64,000 nucleotides of DNA from an uncultured bacterium (lineage in GTDB: Bacteria > Patescibacteriota > Dojkabacteria > J137), in contig OY969472.1 in the NCBI GenBank assembly GCA_963700155.1, positions 2,058-66,057 of the forward strand, written 5' to 3'. How positions within the stretch are numbered: the stretch's first letter is position 1; every line of letters begins with the position of its first letter. The notes beneath the pieces are model-generated. The model was not told the origin of the DNA, searched no databases, and saw only the letters and a program-made list of their open reading frames with translations. The position numbers and the translations under genes were made by a program. Below, piece after piece: positions 39,594-50,657 of this stretch.

Positions 39594-39688
39594 AAATTTT
39601 CCACAAAAAAATAAAGATTTTTCTTCTAAAATCTTATATACTAAATCAAGTTAATTAAACACAAAAAAACCTAATCCTATAATTAATC

Positions 39689-42600
39689 ATGGAAGAAAAT
39701 ACTGAGAATAAAAATATTATTCTTCTTAACGACGATCTTACTATACGTATTGTTCTTAAGAACTTACTACATCAATATTTTGATAAAAATGTAAAAATAT
39801 ATTCATCTGCCGAAGCATTACAAGGTCTTGGTTTAATTTTCATCTTAAAGTCGGATATAGTTATTGTAGATAAGTCACTTCCTAAGCATAATGGCTTAAA
39901 TATTGTCGACTATATAAAATCCAATGAAAAATTAAAAAAAGTAAAGACAAAAGTTATTGTTCTTGGTGAGGGGAAAGAAGATTCCTCAATACCAAATGAA
40001 TATAAATATATTGATACAACAGATGAGAATTTCCCTGGAACATTAGTAAATTATGTAAAAACAGTTATTCCAGAGTATGTTTCTAAAATTAATAAAGTAA
40101 ATTCTTTAATTTCTAAGTTAGGTAAAAATGTTGTTAAATTCTCTAATAAATCAGATAAAATAATAGCCAATGATAAGGGAAGATTTTTCCCAATGACTCC
40201 TTGGTTAAAATGGGTGTATTATCAATTTTTATCTAGTGTTAATCTTACCTTGTTTTCTTTTCTAGTAGGAAAATTCCCTGATGAGAACAAGGAACAACAG
40301 AAATTTGATATCGAATCCAACTTCAGGAAAAATCTTCCTGGAATAGCGATTGGACTTACAATGTTGTTTTTAACAAGTATAACTGCCTTTGCAATTGGAG
40401 GTACAGTGATAACATCATCATTAGTTTTAACTCAAAATGTACAATCAGCTACAGCAAGAACCTGGGATGGAGGCGGTTCGCAGGACTCATGTGGAGGTAA
40501 TCTAGGAGATGAGAATAAATGGAGCTGTGCTGAAAACTGGAATCCCGATGGAGTTCCTGGGAGTAGCGATACAATTACTTTCAACGGGACTAGTACAAAG
40601 AATTCTGTTATTGATGCAAGTTTTGCAGGAACAGTAAATAATATTACGATAGCGTCTGGCTATACTGGAACAATTACTCAAGCTCGTTCATTAACCGCAA
40701 GTGGTACTTATTCTCAGGCTGCTGGAACATTTAATAGCGAAAACCAGTCTTTAACCGTTGGCTTTTTTACTCTATCTGGTGGAAGTTTTACTGCTCCATC
40801 AACAAACATGACTATATACAGTATGATGACGGTAACTGGTTCACCAAGTTTTAATGCAAATAATGGTACTGTTAATTTCACCTTAGGATATTTAACTATA
40901 TCTTGCGGGAATATTACATTTAATAAGGTAACGATTACTAATGCTGGTTATGTCGTTGTTGAAAGTGATTGTAATCTACCTCTTGGAAATAATCCTACTT
41001 TGTCTTGGGATTATCGTCAAAATTTCTTATTATCAGGTACACTTACTGGCTCTGGAACTCTTACAGCTACTAGCGCAACCACAAGTGGAAAATATTTTTA
41101 CCTTGAGCCTGGTTCAGCATTAGTTGGATTTAGTGGGTTAAATGTCGGGAATTTTTATGTTGCAAATACAGATGCAGATTTTAGTAGTTATACTACTTTC
41201 AGTGTCTCTGGGTATGTAGGACAAAGTTCAGGAACATTTAAAATGCCTACTATTACTGGAACTAATGGTATTCAAGATCTTACACTTTCGGGTGGGACAT
41301 TCAGAGCTCCACCAGGTAATTTAAATATTAATCATGAGATAAACATTAGTGCATCTGCAGCTCCGGGTTTTGATGCAAATGGAGGAACTATAAATTTTAT
41401 AAGTGCATCCAGTAGATATTTAACCTGCAACAATGCTGTGTTTAATAAAGTAACTATTAATACAAATCAATTTGTGGTTGTTTATGCTGGATGTAATTTT
41501 CCATTAGGAAATAATCCGACAATAACATGGTCAGGTAGTCAAAACTTTATTTTAGATGGCACTTTGTCTGGAACAGGTACATTGACAACAGTCGGAGGAA
41601 CAACTAGTGGAAAACAATTTTTTTTAGATCCGGGCTCTTCAGTTACTGGATTCACTAATTATAGTATTGGAGGATATTTCACAATCAGTAGTGGAGTTAC
41701 ATTTGATTCTACTGCTCTTGGTGGAACTTTAAGTGTTGCAAGTGGATATACAATCTCTATGGCATCAGGAACAGTTAGTTTGAACGGGACTGCAAATCCG
41801 ACAATAGGCACACTTGGCATTAGTGGGGGCACATTTATTGGACCACCTTCAAATTTAACAATAAATGGGAATCTGAGTATATCAGGAGGAGCTTTTACTG
41901 CTCCAACAGGGAGTATGAATGTTTATGGGAATATTTCAATAAGTGGAAGCTCAACATTTGATGCAAATGGTGGCACAATAACTCTATTAGGAACAAATAC
42001 TCAGACAATGGGGTGCAATAATGTAACATTAAATAAGGTTGTTATAAATAAAGGGAATATTGGTGCTGATAACTCAGTAACCATAGGGAGCGACTGCAGT
42101 CTCCCATTAGGGAACGACCCAACAGTCATAGTAAATTTAAATTCATTTAATTCAAAAAAAGGAGATCTAATATTAAACGGATCTCTGAGTGGTACAGGAA
42201 CTCTTTCAACTGGTAATGGTTCTGGTGGAAATATAACGCTTGGATCAACCGGATCTATCAATGGATTTAGTGGATTTAACTCACCATATATGGGTCTAAT
42301 AGTATCTGGAACCACCCTGGATATGAGTGGATATACAACATTTATGATGGCAGGTAGTAGCCATTTAACTAACTTATCTGTTCAAAGTGGAGGAACTTTA
42401 AAATTACCAACACCAACTGGTTCAGTAACAGTATCTACAATAAGTACAACTGGAGGAAGTACATTTATTGGAGCTGGGGGAAGTATATATGATAACGGTA
42501 GCCTTTCAATAAGTGGGGGAACATTTGTAGCACCATCGGGTACTCTAAGTCTTGTTGGAAATATTTCAATAAGTGGGAATCCAACTTTTGATGCAAATGG

Positions 42601-45600
42601 TGGCACAATTACACTAGGAGGAAGTAATAATCAAACATTGGCATGTAATAATGTAACATTCAATAAAGTAGTTATAAATAGAGATAATGTTGGGTCCGAT
42701 AATTCTGTAACCATAGGAAGTGACTGCAATCTCCCATTAGGGAATAACCCAACAGTTGTAGTAAATTTAAACTCATTTAATTCAAAAAAAGGAGATTTAA
42801 TACTTAATGGTTCATTGAGTGGGACTGGGACACTTACCATGGGAAATGGATATGGCGGTACATTAACCATGAACACAGGTAGTTCTATATCAAATTTTAG
42901 TTCCATATTTTCAAATAAAACTGCTCAGTTACTGCAAATTTCAGGAGCAAATGAAGATTTAAGTACTTTATCTTCAATGACTTGGAGTGGAGGAATAACA
43001 ATTACTTCTGGAAGTTTAACTTTACCTGATACAGCAAGCATTGGAGCATTAACAGTTAATGGAGGAACTTTAAATTCGACTAATGGAAGTTTAAATGAAT
43101 CTGGAACACTAACACTTTCATCTGGAACATTAAATGCCCCAACAGGGAATCTTAATTTGGCAGGTGCTATATCTTTCTCTTCGACCGGTACTTTCAATGC
43201 TGGAAGTGGGACAATTAATTTAAAAGGAGGAACAGTAACCCATAGCTGTAATAATAAGACTTTTAATCTTGTGACATTAAATAATACCGCAACTCAAACA
43301 GTGAATAGCAACTGCTCTTTTCCTTTAGGGAATGATCCTATAATAACTAACGGAATAACATTAGATAGTGGAACATTAAGTGGAAGTGGGACAATTACAA
43401 TGACTACTGGAATTCTGACTTTAAATACTGGCTACCATCTGACAGGATTTAGTGGATTTACGGGAACCTCAAATGGTCTAAGGACAAGTGGGGCTAGTAA
43501 TACAGTTGATTTCTCAAGTTATTCAACATTTGACTTAAACAGTTCGCTTACAGTCGATACTGGTGCAAGCTTAACATTTCCAAATTCTGGAGCTAACTTT
43601 AATATTACTTCACTTACTTTAAGTGGGAATGGAAGCATATTAAATGCATATAATGGTAATATGAACATTTCGGGTAGTCTTACTTTTTCTGATAACTCAA
43701 CATTTAATGCCGGTAGTGGTTCAATTACTTTTAATGGTTCAACCGCAACACATTCCTGTAATAATGCTACTTTTAACCTTGTTATCTTTAATAATTCAGG
43801 AACACAAACTGTTTCAAGTAACTGTAGTTTTCCATTAGGAAACAATCCTACTGTTGCAAATTCTTTAAATGTTAGTGGTGGTACATTAACTGGAAGTGGA
43901 ACATTTAACATGACTACTGGTACTCTAACTCTAACAAATGCAGCATTCTCAGGATTTATAGGTTTTAATGGAGGCATATTAATAGTAAGTGGCGCTTCTT
44001 CAACAGCAGATTTTAGTAGTTATACAACATTTGATACAACCGGAACAGTTCAAGCTCAAAGTAGCGCCACTTTAACTTTACCCAATAATGCTAACATCGG
44101 AGGAGATTTACAAGCATCTAGTACTATTAACGCTCCTTCAGGAAATTTATATGTCGGTGGATCAATTACAGGTGGCAGTAATTTTCATCATAATAATGGA
44201 ACAGTGATTTTAGACGGTACTAATCAAACTATTTCTACAGCAGCGTTGACTTTTTATAATCTAACCAAGATAGTTCCAACTGGATCTTCTCAAACGTTAA
44301 CATTCCCTGCAGGAACATCATCCACACAAACTATCGCTGGAGATCTTATACTACACGGTTATGATACATCAGCAAGATTAAATTTAAGAACATCATCTGG
44401 AACAACATACTTTCAAATCAATGCTCAAGGATCAAGAGATTTATTATATCTTGATATTAAAGATTCAAATAATATTAATACTGCAGCAATGCAAATGGGT
44501 GGGTCGGGAAGCCAAGACAGTGGACATAATATAGCTTGGAACTTCAGTAGTGCAACTCCAAATGATCCTTCAAATCTTGGACCAGCAAGTGTTATCAGCG
44601 CTGTTTATACTACAACTTTAAAACCAACTTTTAGCTTTACTATCTCAGACCCGAATCCATTAGATACTGTAAAGTATAATTTTCAAGTCGATGATAATAG
44701 TGACTTTAGCTCTCCTGTAATAGATTATTCTACTGTATTAGGATCCCAAGGATCTAAAAGTTTTACAGTTGGACAATCTGCAGGGACAGGTACGTATAAT
44801 GTTGGATCCAGCGGACAGTCATTAACTACTGGTGGATATTACTGGAGAGTAAATGCAACTGATAATAATGGATTAATTTCAAACTATACTACTGCTAATG
44901 GTGGAGCTATTGCGTTTTATATTGATTCTGTGGCACCCGCTACATTTACTCCTACTCTAAACGTAACTAGTCCTACTCAAAACAGAACACCTACAGTAAC
45001 TTTCAATACAACTGACAATGTTGGAGTTGACCATTATCAGGTAAAAGTTGATTCAGGAAGTTTTTCAACTCATACTAGTCCATATACAATTCCAACTTTA
45101 AATGCAGGAGATCATACAATTACTGTTAGAGCTTATGATACAACTTCAAATTATACTGATGGGGTTGTAATGATAACAGTAGAAGTTAATCCACCAGTAG
45201 CATTTTCACCAACATTAAACGTATCTAACCCTACAAATAACACTTCTCCGATTCTTACATTTAGTACAACTGATGGTGCAGGAATAGATCACTATGAAGT
45301 AAAAATAAATTCTGGAAGTTTTTCTACTCAATCATCACCTTATCAGTTACCAACATTAACTCAAGGAAGTTATACATTCACGGTAAGAGCATACAATATT
45401 AATGATGTATACACTGATGGAAGTGTAAGTACTTATATAGATACGAGTGCACCAAACAATTTTACTCCTACTTTGAATGTGGGAAATTATACAAATAATC
45501 AAACTCCGACTTTAAGTTTTGTTACTGCAGATAATCACCAGCTTGGTCACTATGAAGTTGATATTGATGGGGGTGGCTTCACGGCCCAGACTAGTCCATA

Positions 45601-48600
45601 TGTGTTACCAACATTAAGTGAAGCCGCCCATTCGATAACAGTTATAGCATATGATGCTGCAGGAAATTCAAAAACTGGAACAGTGGTGAATGTGACTGTT
45701 GACATTACAGCCCCAGCTTCTTTTACGCCAACATTAGATGTAACTTCACCTACAAGCAACACAAGACCAACAGTCACATTCACCACAACAGATAACAATG
45801 TAGTTAATCATTATGAAATAAAAATCGACTCTGGAAGTTTTACTACTCAATCATCACCATATCAGCTTGATCCGCTTGATTATGGTGATCATACAATTAC
45901 TGTAAGAGCTTTTGATATTGCGGGAAATTATACAGATGGAGATATAATAGATTTATTTGTAGATAACAATGGGCCTGATGCTTTTATTCCTACATTAAAT
46001 GTAGTTTCACCTACAACAAATACTTCTCCTACAGTTTCATTTTCTACAACAGATGATACTGGAATAGATCATTATGAAGTTAAAGTTGATTCAGGGAGCT
46101 TTTTAGAACAGGAAAGTCCTTATACTGTAGATGAGTTAACTGAAGGTTCACATACAATAACTGTTAGAGCTTTTGATACTTTAGGAAACTATACTGATGG
46201 AAATGTAATAATTGTAATTGATTTAACCAAACCTAACGCATTTTCACCAACATTAAATACTGGAAGTTTTACTTCTAATACAAGACCAACAGTAAGTTAC
46301 GGTACAACAGATAATGTTGGAATTAACCATTATGCTGTCAAATTAGATTCAGGTAGTTTTGGTACACATTCTAGTCCTTATCAATTACCGACTTTATCAG
46401 AAGGCTCTCATTCGATAACAGTCAGAGCTTATGATAGTGCTGGCAATTACAGAGATGGAACAACTTTAGCTGTAACAATTGACTTAACAGTTCCAAATAA
46501 CTTTACCCCAACTTTAAATGTAACATCACCTACTATAAATACGACTCCAACAGTTTCATTTAGTACTACAGATAACTTTGGAATTAACTACTATAGAGTT
46601 CAGGTAGATAATGGCAGTTTTTATACTACAACAAGTCCTTATCAAGTACCTCCTTTATCAAATGGAGATCATACAATTACAGTAAGAGTTTATGATAAAG
46701 CATCTAACTATAAAGATGGATCAGTCAACGTTACTGTAAATAGAACCTCACCAGATCCATTTACACCAACATTAAATGTTACTAGTCCAACTAATGATTC
46801 AACACCAATTTTAAGCTTTAGTACTACTGATGCAATGACATCAATAGATCATTATGAAGTTAAAGTAGACAATGGAAGTTTTTCTATTCAGACTAGTCCA
46901 TATCAACTACCAAATTTATTTCAGACAAACTTAAATACTCCACCTCATACAATTACTGTAAGAGCTTACAATACTATTGATAATTTCACAGATGGCACTG
47001 TAAGTTTATACGTCGATACTACTTTACCAACTATTAACTATTCTGCACCTATAAAGATTAAAAATTCAGATATTACAAATACTACCTTCTCAATTAGTGA
47101 TAACTTAGGAATTAACAAAGATAATACATCTATTACAGGTGGTGTGTTTACATGCAATCAAGGATCAGTTATTGGTGTTGGATGTAGTGGAACAATTACG
47201 AATAGCGGGACTGTTAGTATTACAGCTACAGATAATGCAGGAAGTTCAAGAACTGTGAATGTTACTGGATATATTATAGATCAGGTTGCCCCTGAAATTA
47301 CAATTACAGCGCCAACAAAGAATTCTGCTACAACAATAACAGACACTACTCTTTTTGTTACTGATAATATCCAAATCACTGTTGATAAAGTAATAGCTGT
47401 ATCAGGCGGTACAATCATTTGTACCCAAACCAGTCAGACACGTGTAGATTGTACCGCCTCTGTTTCAGACACCGGTGATTTAGTAATAAATGCTAATGAC
47501 ACAGCAGGAAACGCTGATGCTTTAACTGAAAGTGGTTATGTGGTAACTGCTACACCACCAGCACCTTTCCAGCCATCACTTAACACTACAGCTTATACTA
47601 ATGATACTGCTCCAATATTATTCTTTTCTACAACAGATGCAGATGGGATAGATCATTATGAAGTAAAAATAAATAATGGATCATTTACAACACAAATTAG
47701 TCCATATCAACTCCCTATTCAATCTGCAGGATTTAAAACTATAACAGTTAGAGCTTACGATACTCAAGGTAACTTTAGAGACGGTTCAATTGGTGTGACA
47801 ATAGACACTTCATCTCCAGCAGCTTTTACTCCTATACTTAATGTTTCAAGTCCTACAAATAATACAACACCTATAGTCTCATTCTTCACTACTGATAATA
47901 ATGGAATTGATCATTACGAAGTACAAGTTGATGGAGGATCTTTCAGCACTCAAGTAAGTCCATATCAACTTCCAGAATTAGTTGAAGGAGATCATATTAT
48001 TACGGTAAGAGCATTTAATATTGTTGGAAATTATACTGATGGGAGTGTTGATTTAACAGTGGACTTAACACCACCAGAATCTTTCACACCAATTATTACC
48101 CCTGGAACAATAACAAATATAACAAACCCTGAATTAACTTATTCAACAACTGATAATATTGCAGTTAGTCACTATGAAGTTCAAGTTGACTCTGGGATGT
48201 TCTCAATTCAAGCTAGTCCTTACACTGTTCCAACTGTACCTGAAGGAGATCATACTATGACTGTTGTAGCTTACGATACTGCGGGAAATTCAACAACCGA
48301 AATGGTTGGGGCAATAGTTGATCAAAGTGCTCCTGTAATTAGTTATTCTGCTCCAACTAGAGTCAAAAACTCTAACATAACAAATACAACTATAACTGTA
48401 ATAGATGATGCAGCAATTGATGTTTCAAATGTCACTGCAAGCGGTGTTGGTATAATAAATTGTACTCAAACTTCTAGTACTCGAGTTGATTGTACTTCAA
48501 ACATAGCGAGTTCAGGAACGTTAACAATAAATGCCGAAGATACAGTAGGATATACTTCAAGTGAAGATATTGATGGTTATGTAATTGAAACTATAGCTCC

Positions 48601-50599
48601 AGAAATAACAATAGCTGCACCAACAAAAAGTGCAAACAATACTATAACTGACACAATTATCAAAGTTACAGATAATTATCAAATAAATGCAAGTGGAGTG
48701 AATGCGGCAGGTGGTGTTTTAGATTGTGTTCAAACCAATAGTAAAGAAGTAAACTGTTCAGTGTCTATTCCAGTTAGTGGAGATCTAATAATAACTGCAA
48801 CTGACGTTGCAGGAAATGAAGCAACAAAAACAGAATCAGATTATCAGGTTACCTCTGGGGTACCTGCCGCATTCACTCCAACTCTAAATACCGGAGCATA
48901 CACTCATAACACGACTCCTATTGTAGGTTTCTTTACAACTGATCAAGATGGTATTAATCATTATGAAGTTAAAATTGATGATGGGAGTTTCTCAACACAA
49001 ACTTCTCCTTATCAACTTCCTGAACTCCAAGAAGGATTCCATACAATCGTAGTCAGAGCCTTCAGCAATAATGGAAGTTTTAGAGATGGTAGCATTTCAG
49101 TAACAATAGACTTGACTAACCCTACTAACTTAAAAATAGAGTTAAATACAGAAAATCCAACAAATAATCCGAGACCAATAATTACTTTCACAGCAGATGA
49201 TGAAAATGGTATTGGTCATTTTGAAGTAAAAGTAGCAAGTGATGGAGGTACATTTGTAACTGCAGATTCCCCATACCAAGTTCCTGATAATTTAGAAGAT
49301 GGTGATCATATAGTAACTGTTAGAGCATTTGATAAAGCTGATAATGCGATAGAAGATAGTACAAGTTTTACTTTAGATACTACAAAACCAACTGGTTCTA
49401 TAGAAATTAACAATGGAGAAAATAAAACAAGCATACAAAAAGTAAATCTTCAATTAACAGCTGATGACGTAGGAGTTGGAATAAAATCTATGATAATTTC
49501 TGAATACTCAGACTTTCATTCTTCGAATTATGAGCAATATTCATCAACAAAAGAATGGACTTTATCAAATGAAAAAGGTGTAAAAACTATTTATGTGAAG
49601 TTTCGAGACAAAGCTGGTAATGAATCTGAAGTTTATTCAGCTTCAATAGCTTATGATCCTAGTGGTCAATTCAACTTCCCTGGTATTCCAGGTGAAGAAC
49701 AACCGCAATCAGTTCTTATTAATACAACAAATGCAGTAGATGCAACTTTACTTACTCTTGCCGTTGGAACAATAGCAACAAACCTTTTTGCGAGTCCAAA
49801 TATAATTTTATACGGTATCTTTATTATCCGTGACCGAAAGAAAAGAAGACCTTGGGGAATTGTTTATGATCAAAATACTATGGAACCAATACCATTTGTA
49901 ACAGTAAGGCTTTATTCAGCTGAAAATAATAAATTAATTGCCCAAAAGATTACTGATTTTGAAGGCAAATTCGGATTCATCGTAAATAAAGGCGATTATA
50001 TTTTAGAAGTACTACACTCTGATTATCTCTCATATAAAGAAAATTTCACTTACGATGAATCTGAAGGAATACTTCAAAAAGATATTTCATTAAGCAAAAA
50101 TTCAAGTAAAGCAGGAGAGTATAGAAGAACTTTAAGAGAAAAATTATATAAAGCAAATACTGTAATTGTTTATCTTGGATTAATATTCTCAGTGATTGTA
50201 TTCTTGATTAATAGAACTACTTTCACTACCATCATTCTTTTGTTATACATAGTCCAATTTATAATTGTTTATTTACTAAATAGAAGAAAAAAACAAGAAT
50301 GGGGATTTGTTTATGATATTGCTACAGGATTAAGAATTAAAGGAGCCTTTGTAAGAATTTATACAAAAGAAGAAATCAAACAGCTCGACGTACAGATGAC
50401 AGATATTAACGGAAGATATTTCTTTAATCTAAAGTCTGGTGAATATTTAATATCAGTAAACGCTGAAGGATATAAGTTCCCAGCAGATAGCGTTAGTCAA
50501 AAACATATTTTTGTATCTGAATCTGGACAAAATTTTATGGAAGTTAAAATAGTTAAAAATAAACCTATAAATTTAGAGATACCTTTAGAGACAATTTAA
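39689..50599 (+). CDS. Giant (3636 aa) surface protein: receiver-like domain, TM, six beta-rich Cys-pair repeats, ~17 Ig-like repeats, TMs and two carboxypeptidase-regulatory-like domains
   Basis: N-terminal ILLNDD...DIVIVD.SLP..NG; six C.N..FN.V...C..PLGN.P units; thirteen HYEVK.D.GSF..Q.SPY..P.L..G.H.I.VRA-type units plus four Cys-containing units; two WG.VYD......I....VR.Y domains. Confidence 0.9.
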   Translation: MEENTENKNIILLNDDLTIRIVLKNLLHQYFDKNVKIYSSAEALQGLGLIFILKSDIVIVDKSLPKHNGLNIVDYIKSNEKLKKVKTKVIVLGEGKEDSSIPNEYKYIDTTDENFPGTLVNYVKTVIPEYVSKINKVNSLISKLGKNVVKFSNKSDKIIANDKGRFFPMTPWLKWVYYQFLSSVNLTLFSFLVGKFPDENKEQQKFDIESNFRKNLPGIAIGLTMLFLTSITAFAIGGTVITSSLVLTQNVQSATARTWDGGGSQDSCGGNLGDENKWSCAENWNPDGVPGSSDTITFNGTSTKNSVIDASFAGTVNNITIASGYTGTITQARSLTASGTYSQAAGTFNSENQSLTVGFFTLSGGSFTAPSTNMTIYSMMTVTGSPSFNANNGTVNFTLGYLTISCGNITFNKVTITNAGYVVVESDCNLPLGNNPTLSWDYRQNFLLSGTLTGSGTLTATSATTSGKYFYLEPGSALVGFSGLNVGNFYVANTDADFSSYTTFSVSGYVGQSSGTFKMPTITGTNGIQDLTLSGGTFRAPPGNLNINHEINISASAAPGFDANGGTINFISASSRYLTCNNAVFNKVTINTNQFVVVYAGCNFPLGNNPTITWSGSQNFILDGTLSGTGTLTTVGGTTSGKQFFLDPGSSVTGFTNYSIGGYFTISSGVTFDSTALGGTLSVASGYTISMASGTVSLNGTANPTIGTLGISGGTFIGPPSNLTINGNLSISGGAFTAPTGSMNVYGNISISGSSTFDANGGTITLLGTNTQTMGCNNVTLNKVVINKGNIGADNSVTIGSDCSLPLGNDPTVIVNLNSFNSKKGDLILNGSLSGTGTLSTGNGSGGNITLGSTGSINGFSGFNSPYMGLIVSGTTLDMSGYTTFMMAGSSHLTNLSVQSGGTLKLPTPTGSVTVSTISTTGGSTFIGAGGSIYDNGSLSISGGTFVAPSGTLSLVGNISISGNPTFDANGGTITLGGSNNQTLACNNVTFNKVVINRDNVGSDNSVTIGSDCNLPLGNNPTVVVNLNSFNSKKGDLILNGSLSGTGTLTMGNGYGGTLTMNTGSSISNFSSIFSNKTAQLLQISGANEDLSTLSSMTWSGGITITSGSLTLPDTASIGALTVNGGTLNSTNGSLNESGTLTLSSGTLNAPTGNLNLAGAISFSSTGTFNAGSGTINLKGGTVTHSCNNKTFNLVTLNNTATQTVNSNCSFPLGNDPIITNGITLDSGTLSGSGTITMTTGILTLNTGYHLTGFSGFTGTSNGLRTSGASNTVDFSSYSTFDLNSSLTVDTGASLTFPNSGANFNITSLTLSGNGSILNAYNGNMNISGSLTFSDNSTFNAGSGSITFNGSTATHSCNNATFNLVIFNNSGTQTVSSNCSFPLGNNPTVANSLNVSGGTLTGSGTFNMTTGTLTLTNAAFSGFIGFNGGILIVSGASSTADFSSYTTFDTTGTVQAQSSATLTLPNNANIGGDLQASSTINAPSGNLYVGGSITGGSNFHHNNGTVILDGTNQTISTAALTFYNLTKIVPTGSSQTLTFPAGTSSTQTIAGDLILHGYDTSARLNLRTSSGTTYFQINAQGSRDLLYLDIKDSNNINTAAMQMGGSGSQDSGHNIAWNFSSATPNDPSNLGPASVISAVYTTTLKPTFSFTISDPNPLDTVKYNFQVDDNSDFSSPVIDYSTVLGSQGSKSFTVGQSAGTGTYNVGSSGQSLTTGGYYWRVNATDNNGLISNYTTANGGAIAFYIDSVAPATFTPTLNVTSPTQNRTPTVTFNTTDNVGVDHYQVKVDSGSFSTHTSPYTIPTLNAGDHTITVRAYDTTSNYTDGVVMITVEVNPPVAFSPTLNVSNPTNNTSPILTFSTTDGAGIDHYEVKINSGSFSTQSSPYQLPTLTQGSYTFTVRAYNINDVYTDGSVSTYIDTSAPNNFTPTLNVGNYTNNQTPTLSFVTADNHQLGHYEVDIDGGGFTAQTSPYVLPTLSEAAHSITVIAYDAAGNSKTGTVVNVTVDITAPASFTPTLDVTSPTSNTRPTVTFTTTDNNVVNHYEIKIDSGSFTTQSSPYQLDPLDYGDHTITVRAFDIAGNYTDGDIIDLFVDNNGPDAFIPTLNVVSPTTNTSPTVSFSTTDDTGIDHYEVKVDSGSFLEQESPYTVDELTEGSHTITVRAFDTLGNYTDGNVIIVIDLTKPNAFSPTLNTGSFTSNTRPTVSYGTTDNVGINHYAVKLDSGSFGTHSSPYQLPTLSEGSHSITVRAYDSAGNYRDGTTLAVTIDLTVPNNFTPTLNVTSPTINTTPTVSFSTTDNFGINYYRVQVDNGSFYTTTSPYQVPPLSNGDHTITVRVYDKASNYKDGSVNVTVNRTSPDPFTPTLNVTSPTNDSTPILSFSTTDAMTSIDHYEVKVDNGSFSIQTSPYQLPNLFQTNLNTPPHTITVRAYNTIDNFTDGTVSLYVDTTLPTINYSAPIKIKNSDITNTTFSISDNLGINKDNTSITGGVFTCNQGSVIGVGCSGTITNSGTVSITATDNAGSSRTVNVTGYIIDQVAPEITITAPTKNSATTITDTTLFVTDNIQITVDKVIAVSGGTIICTQTSQTRVDCTASVSDTGDLVINANDTAGNADALTESGYVVTATPPAPFQPSLNTTAYTNDTAPILFFSTTDADGIDHYEVKINNGSFTTQISPYQLPIQSAGFKTITVRAYDTQGNFRDGSIGVTIDTSSPAAFTPILNVSSPTNNTTPIVSFFTTDNNGIDHYEVQVDGGSFSTQVSPYQLPELVEGDHIITVRAFNIVGNYTDGSVDLTVDLTPPESFTPIITPGTITNITNPELTYSTTDNIAVSHYEVQVDSGMFSIQASPYTVPTVPEGDHTMTVVAYDTAGNSTTEMVGAIVDQSAPVISYSAPTRVKNSNITNTTITVIDDAAIDVSNVTASGVGIINCTQTSSTRVDCTSNIASSGTLTINAEDTVGYTSSEDIDGYVIETIAPEITIAAPTKSANNTITDTIIKVTDNYQINASGVNAAGGVLDCVQTNSKEVNCSVSIPVSGDLIITATDVAGNEATKTESDYQVTSGVPAAFTPTLNTGAYTHNTTPIVGFFTTDQDGINHYEVKIDDGSFSTQTSPYQLPELQEGFHTIVVRAFSNNGSFRDGSISVTIDLTNPTNLKIELNTENPTNNPRPIITFTADDENGIGHFEVKVASDGGTFVTADSPYQVPDNLEDGDHIVTVRAFDKADNAIEDSTSFTLDTTKPTGSIEINNGENKTSIQKVNLQLTADDVGVGIKSMIISEYSDFHSSNYEQYSSTKEWTLSNEKGVKTIYVKFRDKAGNESEVYSASIAYDPSGQFNFPGIPGEEQPQSVLINTTNAVDATLLTLAVGTIATNLFASPNIILYGIFIIRDRKKRRPWGIVYDQNTMEPIPFVTVRLYSAENNKLIAQKITDFEGKFGFIVNKGDYILEVLHSDYLSYKENFTYDESEGILQKDISLSKNSSKAGEYRRTLREKLYKANTVIVYLGLIFSVIVFLINRTTFTTIILLLYIVQFIIVYLLNRRKKQEWGFVYDIATGLRIKGAFVRIYTKEEIKQLDVQMTDINGRYFFNLKSGEYLISVNAEGYKFPADSVSQKHIFVSESGQNFMEVKIVKNKPINLEIPLETI

Positions 50600-50657
50600 A
50601 AAACTTTACAAAATTATTATATTAATATAACTTTAAAATACTTTTTAGTTAAAATAT

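Noticed and set aside
41930-42830. DGR template/variable repeat pair inside the giant gene
   Set aside because: Mismatches involve all four bases rather than only adenines, both copies are in-frame coding repeats, and there is no reverse transcriptase.
42001-45798. Several 70-150-aa minus-strand ORFs within the giant gene (and similar short antisense or alternate-frame ORFs elsewhere, e.g. 699-914, 1241-1486, 2965-3231, 59846-60097)
   Set aside because: Fully overlap confident genes and reflect codon bias of the sense strand; no recognisable motifs.
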